From Eledone cirrhosa (taxonomy: Eukaryota), in contig OZ024757.1 in the NCBI GenBank assembly GCA_964016885.1, forward strand, positions 15,438,001-15,502,000: a stretch of DNA of 64,000 bases. Reading direction: 5' to 3'. The position numbers and the translations under genes were made by a program. The notes under the pieces were generated by a model. It did no database searches. It saw only the letters and a program-made list of their open reading frames with translations, and had not been told where the DNA came from. Position 1 is the first letter of the stretch; every line of letters starts with the position of its first letter. Below, piece after piece: positions 1 to 15,000 of the stretch.

Positions 1-3000
1 GGTGGAAGGGAAGAAGCTTGGTTACAGGGTCTCGTGGACTGCTGGGAGGAAGGGAAGAAGCTTGGTTACAGGGTCTCGTGGACTGCTGGGTGGAAGGGAA
101 GAAGCTATCCCTGGTTACAGGGTCTCGTGGACTGCTGGGAGGAAGGGAAGAAGCTTGGTTACAGGGTCTCGTGGACTGCTGGGAGGAAGGGAAGAAGCTT
201 GGTTACAGGGTCTCGTGGACTGCTGGGTGGAAGGGAAGAAGCTATCCCTGGTTACAGGGTCTCAGGGACTGCTGGGAGGAAGGGAAGAAGCTTGGTTACA
301 GGGTCTCGTGGACTGCTGGGAGGAAGGGAAGAAGCTTGGTTACAGGGTCTCGTGGACTGCTGGGAGGAAGGGAAGAAGCTTGGTTACAGGGTCTCGTGGA
401 CTGCTGGGAGGAAGGGAAGAAGCTTGGTTACAGGGTCTCGTGGACTGCTGGGAGGAAGGGAAGAAGCTTGGTTACAGGGTCTCGTGGACTGCTGGGTGGA
501 AGGGAAGAAGCTATCCTTGGTTACAGGGTCTCGTGGACTGCTGGGAGGAAGGGAAGAAGCTATCCCTGGTTACAGGGTCTCGTGGACTGCTGGGAGGAAG
601 GGAAGAAGCTATCCCTGGTTACAGGGTCTCGTGGACTGCTGGGAGGAAGGGAAGAAGCTATCCCTGGTTACAGGGTCTCGTGGACTGCTGGGAGGAAGGG
701 AAGAAGCTTGGTTACAGGGTCTCGTGGACTGCTGGGAGGAAGGGAAGAAGCTTGGTTACAGGGTCTCGTGGACTGCTGGGTGGAAGGGAAGAAGCTTGGT
801 TACAGGGTCTCGTGGACTGCTGGGAGGAAGGGAAGAAGCTTGGTTACAGGGTCTCGTGGACTGCTGGGTGGAAGGGAAGAAGCTATCCCTGGTTACAGGG
901 TCTCGTGGACTGCTGGGAGGAAGGGAAGAAGCTTGGTTACAGGGTCTCGTGGACTGCTGGGAGGAAGGGAAGAAGCTAGGTTACAGGGTCTCGTGGACTG
1001 CTGGGTGGAAGGGAAGAAGCTATCCCTGGTTACAGGGTCTCGTGGACTGCTGGGAGGAAGGGAAGAAGCTATCCCTGGTTACAGGGTCTCGTGGACTGCT
1101 GGGAGGAAGGGAAGAAGCTATCCCTGGTTACAGGGTCTCGTGGACTGCTGGGAGGAAGGGAAGAAGCTATCCCTGGTTACAGGGTCTCGTGGACTGCTGG
1201 GAGGAAGGGAAGAAGCTTGGTTACAGGGTCTCGTGGACTGCTGGGAGGAAGGGAAGAAGCTTGGTTACAGGGTCTCGTGGACTGCTGGGTGGAAGGGAAG
1301 AAGCTATCCCTGGTTACAGGGTCTCGTGGACTGCTGGGAGGAAGGGAAGAAGCTTGGTTACAGGGTCTCGTGGACTGCTGGGAGGAAGGGAAGAAGCTAT
1401 CCCTGGTTACAGGGTCTCGTGGACTGCTGGGAGGAAGGGAAGAAGCTATCCCTGGTTACAGGGTCTCGTGGACTGCTGGGAGGAAGGGAAGAAGCTATCC
1501 CTGGTTACAGGGTCTCATGGACTGCTGGGAGGAAGGGAAGAAGCTATCCCTGGTTACAGGGTCTCATGGACTGCTGGGTGGAAGGGAAGAAGCTATCCTT
1601 GGTTACAGGGTCTCATGGACTGCTGGGAGGAAGGGGAGAAGCTATCCTTGGTTACAGGGTCTCGTGGACTGTTGGGAGGAAGGGAAGAAGCTATCCTTGG
1701 TTACAGGGTCTCATGGACTGCTGGGAGGAAGGGGAGAAGCTATCCTTGGTTACAGGGTCTCGTGGACTGTTGGGAGGAAGGGAAGAAGCTATCCTTGGTT
1801 ACAGGGTCTCATGGACTGCTGGGAGGAAGGGAAGAAGCTATCCCTGGTTACAGGGTCTCGTGGACTGCTGGGAGGAAGGGAAGAAGCTATCCCTGGTTAC
1901 AGGGTCTCGTGGACTGCTGGGAGGAAGGGAAGAAGCTATCCCTGGTTACAGGGTCTCATGGACTGCTGGGAGGAAGGGGAGAAGCTATCCATGGTTACAG
2001 GGTCTCGTGGACTGTTGGGAGGAAGGGAAGAAGCTATCCTTGGTTACAGGGTCTCATGGACTGCTGGGAGGAAGGGAAGAAGCTATCCCTGGTTACAGGG
2101 TCTCGTGGACTGCTGGGAGGAAGGGAAGAAGCTATCCCTGGTTACAGGGTCTCGTGGACTGCTGGGAGGAAGGGAAGAAGCTATCCTTGGTTACAGGGTC
2201 TCATGGACTGCTGGGAGGAAGGGGAGAAGCTATCCTTGGTTACAGGGTCTCGTGGACTGTTGGGAGGAAGGGAAGAAGCTATCCTTGGTTACAGGGTCTC
2301 ATGGACTGTTGGGAGGAAGGGAAGAAGCTTGGTTACAGGGTATCGTGGACTGCTGGGAGGAAGGGAAGAAGGTATCCTTGGTTACAGGGTCTCATGGACT
2401 GCTGGGTGGAAGGGAAGAAGCTATCCTTGGTTACAGGGTCTCGTGGACTGCTGGGTGGAAGGGAAGAAGCTATCCCTGGTTACAGGGTCTCGTGGACTGC
2501 TGGGAGGAAGGGAAGAAGCTTGGTTACAGGGTCTCGTGGACTGCTGGGAGGAAGGGAAGAAGCTTGGTTACAGGGTCTCGTGGACTGCTGGGTGGAAGGG
2601 AAGAAGCTATCCCTGGTTACAGGGTCTCAGGGACTGCTGGGAGGAAGGGAAGAAGCTTGGTTACAGGGTCTCGTGGACTGCTGGGAGGAAGGGAAGAAGC
2701 TTGGTTACAGGGTCTCGTGGACTGCTGGGAGGAAGGGAAGAAGCTTGGTTACAGGGTCTCGTGGACTGCTGGGAGGAAGGGAAGAAGCTTGGTTACAGGG
2801 TCTCGTGGACTGCTGGGAGGAAGGGAAGAAGCTTGGTTACAGGGTCTCGTGGACTGCTGGGTGGAAGGGAAGAAGCTATCCTTGGTTACAGGGTCTCGTG
2901 GACTGCTGGGAGGAAGGGAAGAAGCTATCCCTGGTTACAGGGTCTCGTGGACTGCTGGGAGGAAGGGAAGAAGCTATCCCTGGTTACAGGGTCTCGTGGA

Positions 3001-6000
3001 CTGCTGGGAGGAAGGGAAGAAGCTATCCCTGGTTACAGGGTCTCGTGGACTGCTGGGAGGAAGGGAAGAAGCTTGGTTACAGGGTCTCGTGGACTGCTGG
3101 GAGGAAGGGAAGAAGCTTGGTTACAGGGTCTCGTGGACTGCTGGGTGGAAGGGAAGAAGCTTGGTTACAGGGTCTCGTGGACTGCTGGGAGGAAGGGAAG
3201 AAGCTTGGTTACAGGGTCTCGTGGACTGCTGGGTGGAAGGGAAGAAGCTATCCCTGGTTACAGGGTCTCGTGGACTGCTGGGAGGAAGGGAAGAAGCTTG
3301 GTTACAGGGTCTCGTGGACTGCTGGGAGGAAGGGAAGAAGCTAGGTTACAGGGTCTCGTGGACTGCTGGGTGGAAGGGAAGAAGCTATCCCTGGTTACAG
3401 GGTCTCGTGGACTGCTGGGAGGAAGGGAAGAAGCTATCCCTGGTTACAGGGTCTCGTGGACTGCTGGGAGGAAGGGAAGAAGCTATCCCTGGTTACAGGG
3501 TCTCGTGGACTGCTGGGAGGAAGGGAAGAAGCTATCCCTGGTTACAGGGTCTCGTGGACTGCTGGGAGGAAGGGAAGAAGCTTGGTTACAGGGTCTCGTG
3601 GACTGCTGGGAGGAAGGGAAGAAGCTTGGTTACAGGGTCTCGTGGACTGCTGGGTGGAAGGGAAGAAGCTATCCCTGGTTACAGGGTCTCGTGGACTGCT
3701 GGGAGGAAGGGAAGAAGCTTGGTTACAGGGTCTCGTGGACTGCTGGGAGGAAGGGAAGAAGCTATCCCTGGTTACAGGGTCTCGTGGACTGCTGGGAGGA
3801 AGGGAAGAAGCTATCCCTGGTTACAGGGTCTCGTGGACTGCTGGGAGGAAGGGAAGAAGCTATCCCTGGTTACAGGGTCTCATGGACTGCTGGGAGGAAG
3901 GGAAGAAGCTATCCCTGGTTACAGGGTCTCATGGACTGCTGGGTGGAAGGGAAGAAGCTATCCTTGGTTACAGGGTCTCATGGACTGCTGGGAGGAAGGG
4001 GAGAAGCTATCCTTGGTTACAGGGTCTCGTGGACTGTTGGGAGGAAGGGAAGAAGCTATCCTTGGTTACAGGGTCTCATGGACTGCTGGGAGGAAGGGGA
4101 GAAGCTATCCTTGGTTACAGGGTCTCGTGGACTGTTGGGAGGAAGGGAAGAAGCTATCCTTGGTTACAGGGTCTCATGGACTGCTGGGAGGAAGGGAAGA
4201 AGCTATCCCTGGTTACAGGGTCTCGTGGACTGCTGGGAGGAAGGGAAGAAGCTATCCCTGGTTACAGGGTCTCGTGGACTGCTGGGAGGAAGGGAAGAAG
4301 CTATCCCTGGTTACAGGGTCTCATGGACTGCTGGGAGGAAGGGGAGAAGCTATCCATGGTTACAGGGTCTCGTGGACTGTTGGGAGGAAGGGAAGAAGCT
4401 ATCCTTGGTTACAGGGTCTCATGGACTGCTGGGAGGAAGGGAAGAAGCTATCCCTGGTTACAGGGTCTCGTGGACTGCTGGGAGGAAGGGAAGAAGCTAT
4501 CCCTGGTTACAGGGTCTCGTGGACTGCTGGGAGGAAGGGAAGAAGCTATCCTTGGTTACAGGGTCTCATGGACTGCTGGGAGGAAGGGGAGAAGCTATCC
4601 TTGGTTACAGGGTCTCGTGGACTGTTGGGAGGAAGGGAAGAAGCTATCCTTGGTTACAGGGTCTCATGGACTGTTGGGAGGAAGGGAAGAAGCTTGGTTA
4701 CAGGGTATCGTGGACTGCTGGGAGGAAGGGAAGAAGGTATCCTTGGTTACAGGGTCTCATGGACTGCTGGGTGGAAGGGAAGAAGCTATCCTTGGTTACA
4801 GGGTCTCGTGGACTGCTGGGTGGAAGGGAAGAAGCTATCCCTGGTTACAGGGTCTCGTGGACTGCTGGGAGGAAGGGAAGAAGCTATCCTTGGTTACAGG
4901 GTCTCGTGGACTGTTGGGAGGAAGGGAAGAAGCTATCCTTGGTTACAGGGTCTCGTGGACTGCTGGGAGGAAGGGAAGAAGCTATCCCTGGTTACAGGGT
5001 CTCATGGACTGCTGGGTGGAAGGGAAGAAGCTATCCTTGGTTACAGGGTCTCGTGGACTGTTGGGAGGAAGGGAAGAAGCTATCCCTGGTTACAGGGTCT
5101 CGTGGACTGCTGGGAGGAAGGGAAGAAGCTTGGTTACAGGGTCTCGTGGACTGCTGGGAGGAAGGGGAGAAGCTATCCCTGGTTACAGGGTCTCGTGGAC
5201 TGCTGGGAGGAAGGGAAGAAGCTTGGTTACAGGGTCTCGTGGACTGCTGGGAGGAAGGGAAGAAGCTATCCCTGGTTACAGGGTCTCGTGGACTGCTGGG
5301 TGGAAGGGAAGAAGCTATCCTTGGTTACAGGGTCTCGTGGACTGCTGGGAGGAAGGGAAGAAGCTATCCTTGGTTACAGGGTCTCGTGGACTGCTGGGTG
5401 GAAGGGAAGAAGCTTGGTTACAGGGTCTCGTGGACTGCTGGGAGGAAGGGAAGAAGCTATCCCTGGTTACAGGGTCTCGTGGACTGCTGGGTGGAAGGGA
5501 AGAAGCTATCCTTGGTTACAGGGTCTCGTGGACTGCTGGGAGGAAGGGAAGAAGCTATCCCTGGTTACAGGGTCTCGTGGACTGCTGGGTGGAAGGGAAG
5601 AAGCTTGGTTACAGGGTCTCGTGGACTGCTGGGAGGAAGGGGAGAAGCTATCCCTGGTTACAGGGTCTCGTGGACTGCTGGGAGGAAGGGAAGAAGCTTG
5701 GTTACAGGGTCTCGTGGACTGCTGGGAGGAAGGGGAGAAGCTATCCCTGGTTACAGGGTCTCGTGGACTGCTGGGAGGAAGGGAAGAAGCTTGGTTACAG
5801 GGTCTCGTGGACTGCTGGGAGGAAGGGAAGAAGCTATCCCTGGTTACAGGGTCTCGTGGACTGCTGGGTGGAAGGGAAGAAGCTATCCTTGGTTACAGGG
5901 TCTCGTGGACTGCTGGGAGGAAGGGAAGAAGCTATCCTTGGTTACAGGGTCTCGTGGACTGCTGGGAGGAAGGGAAGAAGCTATCCTTGGTTACAGGGTC

Positions 6001-9000
6001 TCGTGGACTGCTGGGAGGAAGGGAAGAAGCTATCCTTGGTTACAGGGTCTCGTGGACTGCTGGGAGGAAGGGTAGAAGCTTGGTTACAGGGTCTCGTGGA
6101 CTGCTGGGAGGAAGGTAAGAAGCTATCCCTGGTTACAGGGTCTCGTGGACTGCTGGGAGGAAGGGAAGAAGCTATCCCTGGTTACAGGGTCTCGTGGACT
6201 GCTGGGAGGAAGGGAAGAAGCTATCCCTGGTTACAGGGTCTCATGGACTGCTGGGAGGAAGGGAAGAAGCTATCCCTGGTTACAGGGTCTCGTGGACTGC
6301 TGGGAGGAAGGGAAGAAGCTATCCCTGGTTACAGGGTCTCGTGGACTGCTGGGAGGAAGGGAAGAAGCTATCCCTGGTTACAGGGTCTCGTGGACTGCTG
6401 GGAGGAAGGGAAGAAGCTATCCCTGGTTACAGGGTCTCAGGGACTGTTGGGAGGAAGGGAAGAAGCTATCCTTGGTTACAGGGTCTCGTGGACTGCTGGG
6501 AGGAAGGGAAGAAGCTATCCTTGGTTACAGGGTCTCATGGACTGTTGGGAGGAAGGGAAGAAGCTATCCTTGGTTACAGGGTCTCGTGGACTGCTGGGAG
6601 GAAGGGAAGAAGCTATCCCTGGTTACAGGGTCTCGTGGACTGCTGGGAGGAAGGGAAGAAGCTATCCCTGGTTACAGGGTCTCGTGGACTGCTGGGAGGA
6701 AGGGAAGAAGCTTGGTTACAGGGTCTCGTGGACTGCTGGGAGGAAGGGAAGAAGCTATCCCTGGTTACAGGGTCTCGTGGACTGCTGGGAGGAAGGGAAG
6801 AAGCTATCCCTGGTTACAGGGTCTCGTGGACTGCTGGGAGGAAGGGAAGAAGCTTGGTTACAGGGTCTCGTGGACTGCTGGGAGGAAGGGAAGAAGCTAT
6901 CCCTGGTTACAGGGTCTCGTGGACTGCTGGGAGGAAGGGGAGAAGCTATCCTTGGTTACAGGGTCTCGTGGACTGTTGGGAGGAAGGGAAGAAGCTATCC
7001 TTGGTTACAGGGTCTCGTGGACTGCTGGGAGGAAGGGAAGAAGCTATCCTTGGTTACAGGGTCTCATGGACTGCTGGGAGGAAGGGGAGAAGCTATCCTT
7101 GGTTACAGGGTCTCGTGGACTGCTGGGAGGAAGGGAAGAAGTTATCCTTGGTTACAGGGTCTCGTGGACTGCTGGGAGGAAGGGAAGAAGCTATCCTTGG
7201 TTACAGGGTCTCATGGACTGCTGGGAGGAAGGGGAGAAGCTATCCTTGGTTACAGGGTCTCGTGGACTGCTGGGAGGAAGGGAAGAAGCTATCCCTGGTT
7301 ACAGGGTCTCGTGGACTGCTGGGAGGAAGGGAAGAAGCTATCCCTGGTTACAGGGTCTCGTGGACTGCTGGGAGGAAGGGAAGAAGCTATCCCTGGTTAC
7401 AGGGTCTCATGGACTGCTGGGAGGAAGGGAAGAAGCTATCCTTGGTTACAGGGTCTCGTGGACTGCTGGGAGGAAGGGAAGAAGCTATCCCTGGTTACAG
7501 GGTCTCGTGGACTGCTGGGAGGAAGGGAAGAAGCTTGGTTACAGGGTCTCGTGGACTGCTGGGAGGAAGGGAAGAAGCTATCCCTGGTTACAGGGTCTCG
7601 TGGACTGCTGGGAGGAAGGGAAGAAGCTATCCCTGGTTACAGGGTCTCGTGGACTGCTGGGAGGAAGGGAAGAAGCTTGGTTACAGGGTCTCGTGGACTG
7701 CTGGGAGGAAGGGAAGAAGCTATCCCTGGTTACAGGGTCTCGTGGACTGCTGGGAGGAAGGGGAGAAGCTATCCTTGGTTACAGGGTCTCGTGGACTGTT
7801 GGGAGGAAGGGAAGAAGCTATCCTTGGTTACAGGGTCTCGTGGACTGCTGGGAGGAAGGGAAGAAGCTATCCTTGGTTACAGGGTCTCATGGACTGCTGG
7901 GAGGAAGGGGAGAAGCTATCCTTGGTTACAGGGTCTCGTGGACTGCTGGGAGGAAGGGAAGAAGTTATCCTTGGTTACAGGGTCTCGTGGACTGCTGGGA
8001 GGAAGGGAAGAAGCTATCCTTGGTTACAGGGTCTCATGGACTGCTGGGAGGAAGGGGAGAAGCTATCCTTGGTTACAGGGTCTCGTGGACTGCTGGGAGG
8101 AAGGGAAGAAGCTATCCCTGGTTACAGGGTCTCGTGGACTGCTGGGAGGAAGGGAAGAAGCTATCCCTGGTTACAGGGTCTCGTGGACTGCTGGGAGGAA
8201 GGGAAGAAGCTATCCCTGGTTACAGGGTCTCGTGGACTGCTGGGAGGAAGGGAAGAAGCTATCCCTGGTTACAGGGTCTCGTGGACTGCTGGGAGGAAGG
8301 GAAGAAGCTATCCCTGGTTACAGGGTCTCGTGGACTGCTGGGAGGAAGGGAAGAAGCTATCCCTGGTTACAGGGTCTCGTGGACTGCTGGGAGGAAGGGA
8401 AGAAGCTATCCCTGGTTACAGGGTCTCGTGGACTGCTGGGAGGAAGGGAAGAAGCTATCCCTGGTTACAGGGTCTCGTGGACTGCTGGGAGGAAGGGGAG
8501 AAGCTATCCTTGGTTACAGGGTCTCGTGGACTGTTGGGAGGAAGGGAAGAAGCTATCCTTGGTTACAGGGTCTCGTGGACTGCTGGGAGGAAGGGGAGAA
8601 GCTATCCTTGGTTACAGGGTCTCGTGGACTGTTGGGAGGAAGGGAAGAAGCTATCCTTGGTTACAGGGTCTCAGGGACTGCTGGGAGGAAGGGAAGAAGC
8701 TTGGTTACAGGGTCTCATGGACTGCTGGGAGGAAGGGAAGAAGCTATCCTTGGTTACAGGGTCTCGTGGACTGTTGGGAGGAAGGGAAGAAGCTATCCTT
8801 GGTTACAGGGTCTCGTGGACTGTTGGGAGGAAGGGAAGAAGCTATCCCTGGTTACAGGGTCTCATGGACTGCTGGGAGGAAGGGAAGAAGCTATCCCTGG
8901 TTACAGGGTCTCATGGACTGCTGGGTGGAAGGGAAGAAGCTATCCTTGGTTACAGGGTCTCATGGACTGCTGGGAGGAAGGGGAGAAGCTATCCTTGGTT

Positions 9001-12000
9001 ACAGGGTCTCGTGGACTGTTGGGAGGAAGGGAAGAAGCTATCCTTGGTTACAGGGTCTCAGGGACTGCTGGGTGGAAGGGAAGAAGCTATCCTTGGTTAC
9101 AGGGTCTCATGGACTGCTGGGAGGAAGGGGAGAAGCTATCCTTGGTTACAGGGTCTCGTGGACTGCTGGGAGGAAGGGAAGAAGCTATCCTTGGTTACAG
9201 GGTCTCATGGACTGCTGGGTGGAAGGGAAGAAGCTTGGTTACAGGGTCTCATGGACTGCTGGGAGGAAGGGAAGAAGCTATCCTTGGTTACAGGGTCTCG
9301 TGGACTGTTGGGAGGAAGGGAAGAAGCTATCCTTGGTTACAGGGTCTCGTGGACTGCTGGGAGGAAGGGGAGAAGCTATCCTTGGTTACAGGGTCTCGTG
9401 GACTGCTGGGAGGAAGGGAAGAAGCTATCCTTGGTTACAGGGTCTCATGGACTGCTGGGTGGAAGGGAAGAAGCTTGGTTACAGGGTCTCATGGACTGCT
9501 GGGAGGAAGGGAAGAAGCTATCCTTGGTTACAGGGTCTCGTGGACTGTTGGGAGGAAGGGAAGAAGCTATCCTTGGTTACAGGGTCTCGTGGACTGCTGG
9601 GAGGAAGGGGAGAAGCTATCCTTGGTTACAGGGTCTCGTGGACTGCTGGGAGGAAGGGAAGAAGCTATCCTTGGTTACAGGGTCTCAGGGACTGCTGGGA
9701 GGAAGGGAAGAAGCTATCCTTGGTTACAGGGTCTCATGGACTGCTGGGAGGAAGGGAAGAAGCTTGGTTACAGGGTCTCATGGACTGCTGGGTGGAAGGG
9801 AAGAAGCTTGGTTACAGGGTCTCATGGACTGCTGGGTGGAAGGGAAGAAGCTTGGTTACAGGGTCTCGTGGACTGCTGGGAGGAAGGGAAGAAGCTATCC
9901 TTGGTTACAGGGTCTCATGGACTGCTGGGAGGAAGGGAAGAAGCTATCCTTGGTTACAGGGTCTCATGGACTGCTGGGAGGAAGGGAAGAAGCTTGGTTA
10001 CAGGGTCTCATGGACTGCTGGGTGGAAGGGAAGAAGCTTGGTTACAGGGTCTCATGGACTGCTGGGTGGAAGGGAAGAAGCTTGGTTACAGGGTCTCATG
10101 GACTGCTGGGTGGTAGGGAAGAAGCTATCCTTGGTTACAGGGTCTCATGGACTGCTGGGAGGAAGGGAAGAAGCTATCCTTGGTTACAGGGTCTCGTGGA
10201 CTGCTGGGAGGAAGGGAAGAAGCTATCCTTGGTTACAGGGTCTCGTGGACTGCTGGGAGGAAGGGAAGAAGCTATCCTTGGTTACAGGGTCTCGTGGACT
10301 GCTGGGAGGAAGGGAAGAAGCTATCCTTGGTTACAGGGTCTCATGGACTGCTGGGAGGAAGGGAAGAAGCTATCCTTGGTTACAGGGTCTCGTGGACTGC
10401 TGGGAGGAAGGGAAGAAGCTATCCTTGGTTACAGGGTCTCATGGACTGTTGGGTGGAAGGGAAGAAGCTATCCTTGGTTACAGGGTCTCGTGGACTGCTG
10501 CGAGGAAGGGAAGAAGCTTGGTTACAGGGTCTCGTGGACTGCTGGGAGGAAGGGAAGAAGCTATCCTTGGTTACAGGGTCTCATGGACTGTTGGGTGGAA
10601 GGGAAGAAGCTATCCTTGGTTACAGGGTCTCGTGGACTGTTGGGTGGAAGGGAAGAAGCTATCCTTGGTTACAGGGTCTCGTGGACTGCTGGGAGGAAGG
10701 GAAGAAGCTTGGTTACAGGGTCTCGTGGACTGCTGGGTGGAAGGGAAGAAGCTATCCCTGGTTACAGGGTCTCGTGGACTGCTGGGTGGAAGGGAAGAAG
10801 CTTGGTTACAGGGTCTCGTGGACTGCTGGGAGGAAGGGAAGAAGCTATCCCTGGTTACAGGGTCTCGTGGACTGCTGGGAGGAAGGGAAGAAGCTATCCT
10901 TGGTTACAGGGTCTCATGGACTGCTGGGAGGAAGGGAAGAAGCTATCCCTGGTTACAGGGTCTCATGGACTGCTGGGTGGAAGGGAAGAAGCTATCCTTG
11001 GTTACAGGGTCTCATGGACTGCTGGGAGGAAGGGGAGAAGCTATCCTTGGTTACAGGGTCTCGTGGACTGTTGGGAGGAAGGGAAGAAGCTATCCTTGGT
11101 TACAGGGTCTCATGGACTGCTGGGAGGAAGGGGAGAAGCTATCCTTGGTTACAGGGTCTCGTGGACTGTTGGGAGGAAGGGAAGAAGCTATCCTTGGTTA
11201 CAGGGTCTCGTGGACTGCTGGGAGGAAGGGAACAAGCTATCCTTGGTTACAGGGTCTCATGGACTGCTGGGAGGAAGGGAAGAAGCTATCCTTGGTTACA
11301 GGGTCTCGTGGACTGCTGGGAGGAAGGGAAGAAGCTATCCTTGGTTACAGGGTCTCATGGACTGTTGGGTGGAAGGGAAGAAGCTATCCTTGGTTACAGG
11401 GTCTCGTGGACTGCTGCGAGGAAGGGAAGAAGCTTGGTTACAGGGTCTCGTGGACTGCTGGGAGGAAGGGAAGAAGCTATCCTTGGTTACAGGGTCTCAT
11501 GGACTGTTGGGTGGAAGGGAAGAAGCTATCCTTGGTTACAGGGTCTCGTGGACTGTTGGGTGGAAGGGAAGAAGCTATCCTTGGTTACAGGGTCTCGTGG
11601 ACTGCTGGGAGGAAGGGAAGAAGCTTGGTTACAGGGTCTCGTGGACTGCTGGGTGGAAGGGAAGAAGCTATCCCTGGTTACAGGGTCTCGTGAACTGCTG
11701 GGAGGAAGGGAAGAAGCTTGGTTACAGGGTCTCGTGGACTGCTGGGAGGAAGGGAAGAAGCTATCCCTGGTTACAGGGTCTCGTGGACTGCTGGGAGGAA
11801 GGGAAGAAGCTATCCTTGGTTACAGGGTCTCATGGACTGCTGGGAGGAAGGGAAGAAGCTATCCCTGGTTACAGGGTCTCATGGACTGCTGGGTGGAAGG
11901 GAAGAAGCTATCCTTGGTTACAGGGTCTCATGGACTGCTGGGAGGAAGGGGAGAAGCTATCCTTGGTTACAGGGTCTCGTGGACTGTTGGGAGGAAGGGA

Positions 12001-15000
12001 AGAAGCTATCCTTGGTTACAGGGTCTCATGGACTGCTGGGAGGAAGGGGAGAAGCTATCCTTGGTTACAGGGTCTCGTGGACTGTTGGGAGGAAGGGAAG
12101 AAGCTATCCTTGGTTACAGGGTCTCGTGGACTGCTGGGAGGAAGGGAAGAAGCTATCCTTGGTTACAGGGTCTCGTGGACTGTTGGGAGGAAGGGAAGAA
12201 GCTATCCTTGGTTACAGGGTCTCATGGACTGCTGGGAGGAAGGGAAGAAGCTATCCCTGGTTACAGGGTCTCGTGGACTGCTGGGAGGAAGGGAAGAAGC
12301 TATCCCTGGTTACAGGGTCTCGTGGACTGCTGGGAGGAAGGGAAGAAGCTATCCCTGGTTACAGGGTCTCATGGACTGCTGGGAGGAAGGGAAGAAGCTA
12401 TCCCTGGTTACAGGGTCTCGTGGACTGCTGGGAGGAAGGGAAGAAGGTATCCTTGGTTACAGGGTCTCATGGACTGCTGGGTGGAAGGGAAGAAGCTATC
12501 CTTGGTTACAGGGTCTCGTGGACTGCTGGGTGGAAGGGAAGAAGGTATCCTTGGTTACAGGGTCTCATGGACTGCTGGGTGGAAGGGAAGAAGCTATCCT
12601 TGGTTACAGGGTCTCATGGACTGTTGGGAGGAAGGGAAGAAGCTATCCTTGGTTACAGGGTCTCATGGACTGTTGGGAGGAAGGGAAGAAGCTATCCTTG
12701 GTTACAGGGTCTCGTGGACTGCTGGGAGGAAGGGAAGAAGGTATCCTTGGTTACAGGGTCTCATGGACTGCTGGGAGGAAGGGAAGAAGCTATCCTTGGT
12801 TACAGGGTCTCATGGACTGCTGGGAGGAAGGGAAGAAGCTATCCTTGGTTACAGGGTCTCGTGGACTGCTGGGTGGAAGGGAAGAAGCTATCCCTGGTTA
12901 CAGGGTCTCGTGGACTGCTGGGAGGAAGGGAAGAAGCTATCCTTGGTTACAGGGTCTCGTGGACTGCTGGGAGGAAGGGAAGAAGCTATCCTTGGTTACA
13001 GGGTCTCGTGGACTGTTGGGAGGAAGGGAAGAAGCTATCCCTGGTTACAGGGTCTCGTGGACTGCTGGGAGGAAGGGAAGAAGCTTGGTTACAGTGTCTC
13101 GTGGACTGCTGGGAGGAAGGGAAGAAGCTATCCCTGGTTACAGGGTCTCGTGGACTGCTGGGAGGAAGGGAAGAAGCTATCCATGGTTACAGGGTCTCGT
13201 GGACTGCTGGGAGGAAGGGAAGAAGCTATCCCTGGTTACAGGGTCTCATGGACTGCTGGGTGGAAGGGAAGAAGCTATCCTTGGTTACAGGGTCTCGTGG
13301 ACTGTTGGGAGGAAGGGAAGAAGCTATCCCTGGTTACAGGGTCTCGTGGACTGCTGGGAGGAAGGGAAGAAGCTTGGTTACAGGGTCTCGTGGACTGCTG
13401 GGAGGAAGGGAAGAAGCTATCCCTGGTTACAGGGTCTCGTGGACTGCTGGGAGGAAGGGAAGAAGCTATCCCTGGTTACAGGGTCTCGTGGACTGCTGGG
13501 AGGAAGGGAAGAAGCTATCCTTGGTTACAGGGTCTCGTGGACTGCTGGGAGGAAGGGAAGAAGCTATCCTTGGTTACAGGGTCTCGTGGACTGCTGGGAG
13601 GAAGGGAAGAAGCTATCCTTGGTTACAGGGTCTCGTGGACTGCTGGGAGGAAGGGAAGAAGCTATCCTTGGTTACAGGGTCTCGTGGACTGCTGGGAGGA
13701 AGGGAAGAAGCTATCCCTGGTTACAGGGTCTCGTGGACTGCTGGGAGGAAGGGAAGAAGCTATCCCTGGTTACAGGGTCTCGTGGACTGCTGGGAGGAAG
13801 GGAAGAAGCTATCCCTGGTTACAGGGTCTCGTGGACTGCTGGGTGGAAGGGAAGAAGCTATCCTTGGTTACAGGGTCTCGTGGACTGCTGGGAGGAAGGG
13901 AAGAAGCTATCCTTGGTTACAGGGTCTCGTGGACTGCTGGGAGGAAGGGAAGAAGCTATCCCTGGTTACAGGGTCTCATGGACTGCTGGGAGGAAGGGAA
14001 GAAGCTATCCCTGGTTACAGGGTCTCGTGGACTGCTGGGAGGAAGGGAAGAAGCTATCCCTGGTTACAGGGTCTCGTGGACTGCTGGGAGGAAGGGAAGA
14101 AGCTATCCCTGGTTACAGGGTCTCGTGGACTGCTGGGAGGAAGGGAAGAAGCTATCCCTGGTTACAGGGTCTCGTGGACTGCTGGGAGGAAGGGAAGAAG
14201 CTATCCCTGGTTACAGGGTCTCGTGGACTGCTGGGAGGAAGGGAAGAAGCTATCCCTGGTTACAGGGTCTCGTGGACTGCTGGGAGGAAGGGAAGAAGCT
14301 ATCCCTGGTTACAGGGTCTCGTGGACTGCTGGGTGGAAGGGAAGAAGCTATCCTTGGTTACAGGGTCTCGTGGACTGCTGGGAGGAAGGGAAGAAGCTAT
14401 CCTTGGTTACAGGGTCTCGTGGACTGCTGGGAGGAAGGGAAGAAGCTATCCCTGGTTACAGGGTCTCGTGGACTGCTGGGAGGAAGGGAAGAAGCCATCC
14501 TTGGTTACAGGGTCTCGTGGACTGCTGGGAGGAAGGGAAGAAGCTATCCCTGGTTACAGGGTCTCGTGGACTGCTGGGAGGAAGGGAAGAAGCTATCCTT
14601 GGTTACAGGGTCTCGTGGACTGCTGGGAGGAAGGGAAGAAGCTATCCCTGGTTACAGGGTCTCATGGACTGCTGGGAGGAAGGGAAGAAGCTATCCCTGG
14701 TTACAGGGTCTCGTGGACTGCTGGGAGGAAGGGAAGAAGCTATCCTTGGTTACAGGGTCTCGTGGACTGCTGGGAGGAAGGGAAGAAGCTATCCTTGGTT
14801 ACAGGGTCTCGTGGACTGCTGGGAGGAAGGGAAGAAGCTATCCCTGGTTACAGGGTCTCATGGACTGCTGGGAGGAAGGGAAGAAGCTATCCCTGGTTAC
14901 AGGGTCTCGTGGACTGCTGGGAGGAAGGGAAGAAGCTATCCCTGGTTACAGGGTCTCGTGGACTGCTGGGAGGAAGGGAAGAAGCTATCCCTGGTTACAG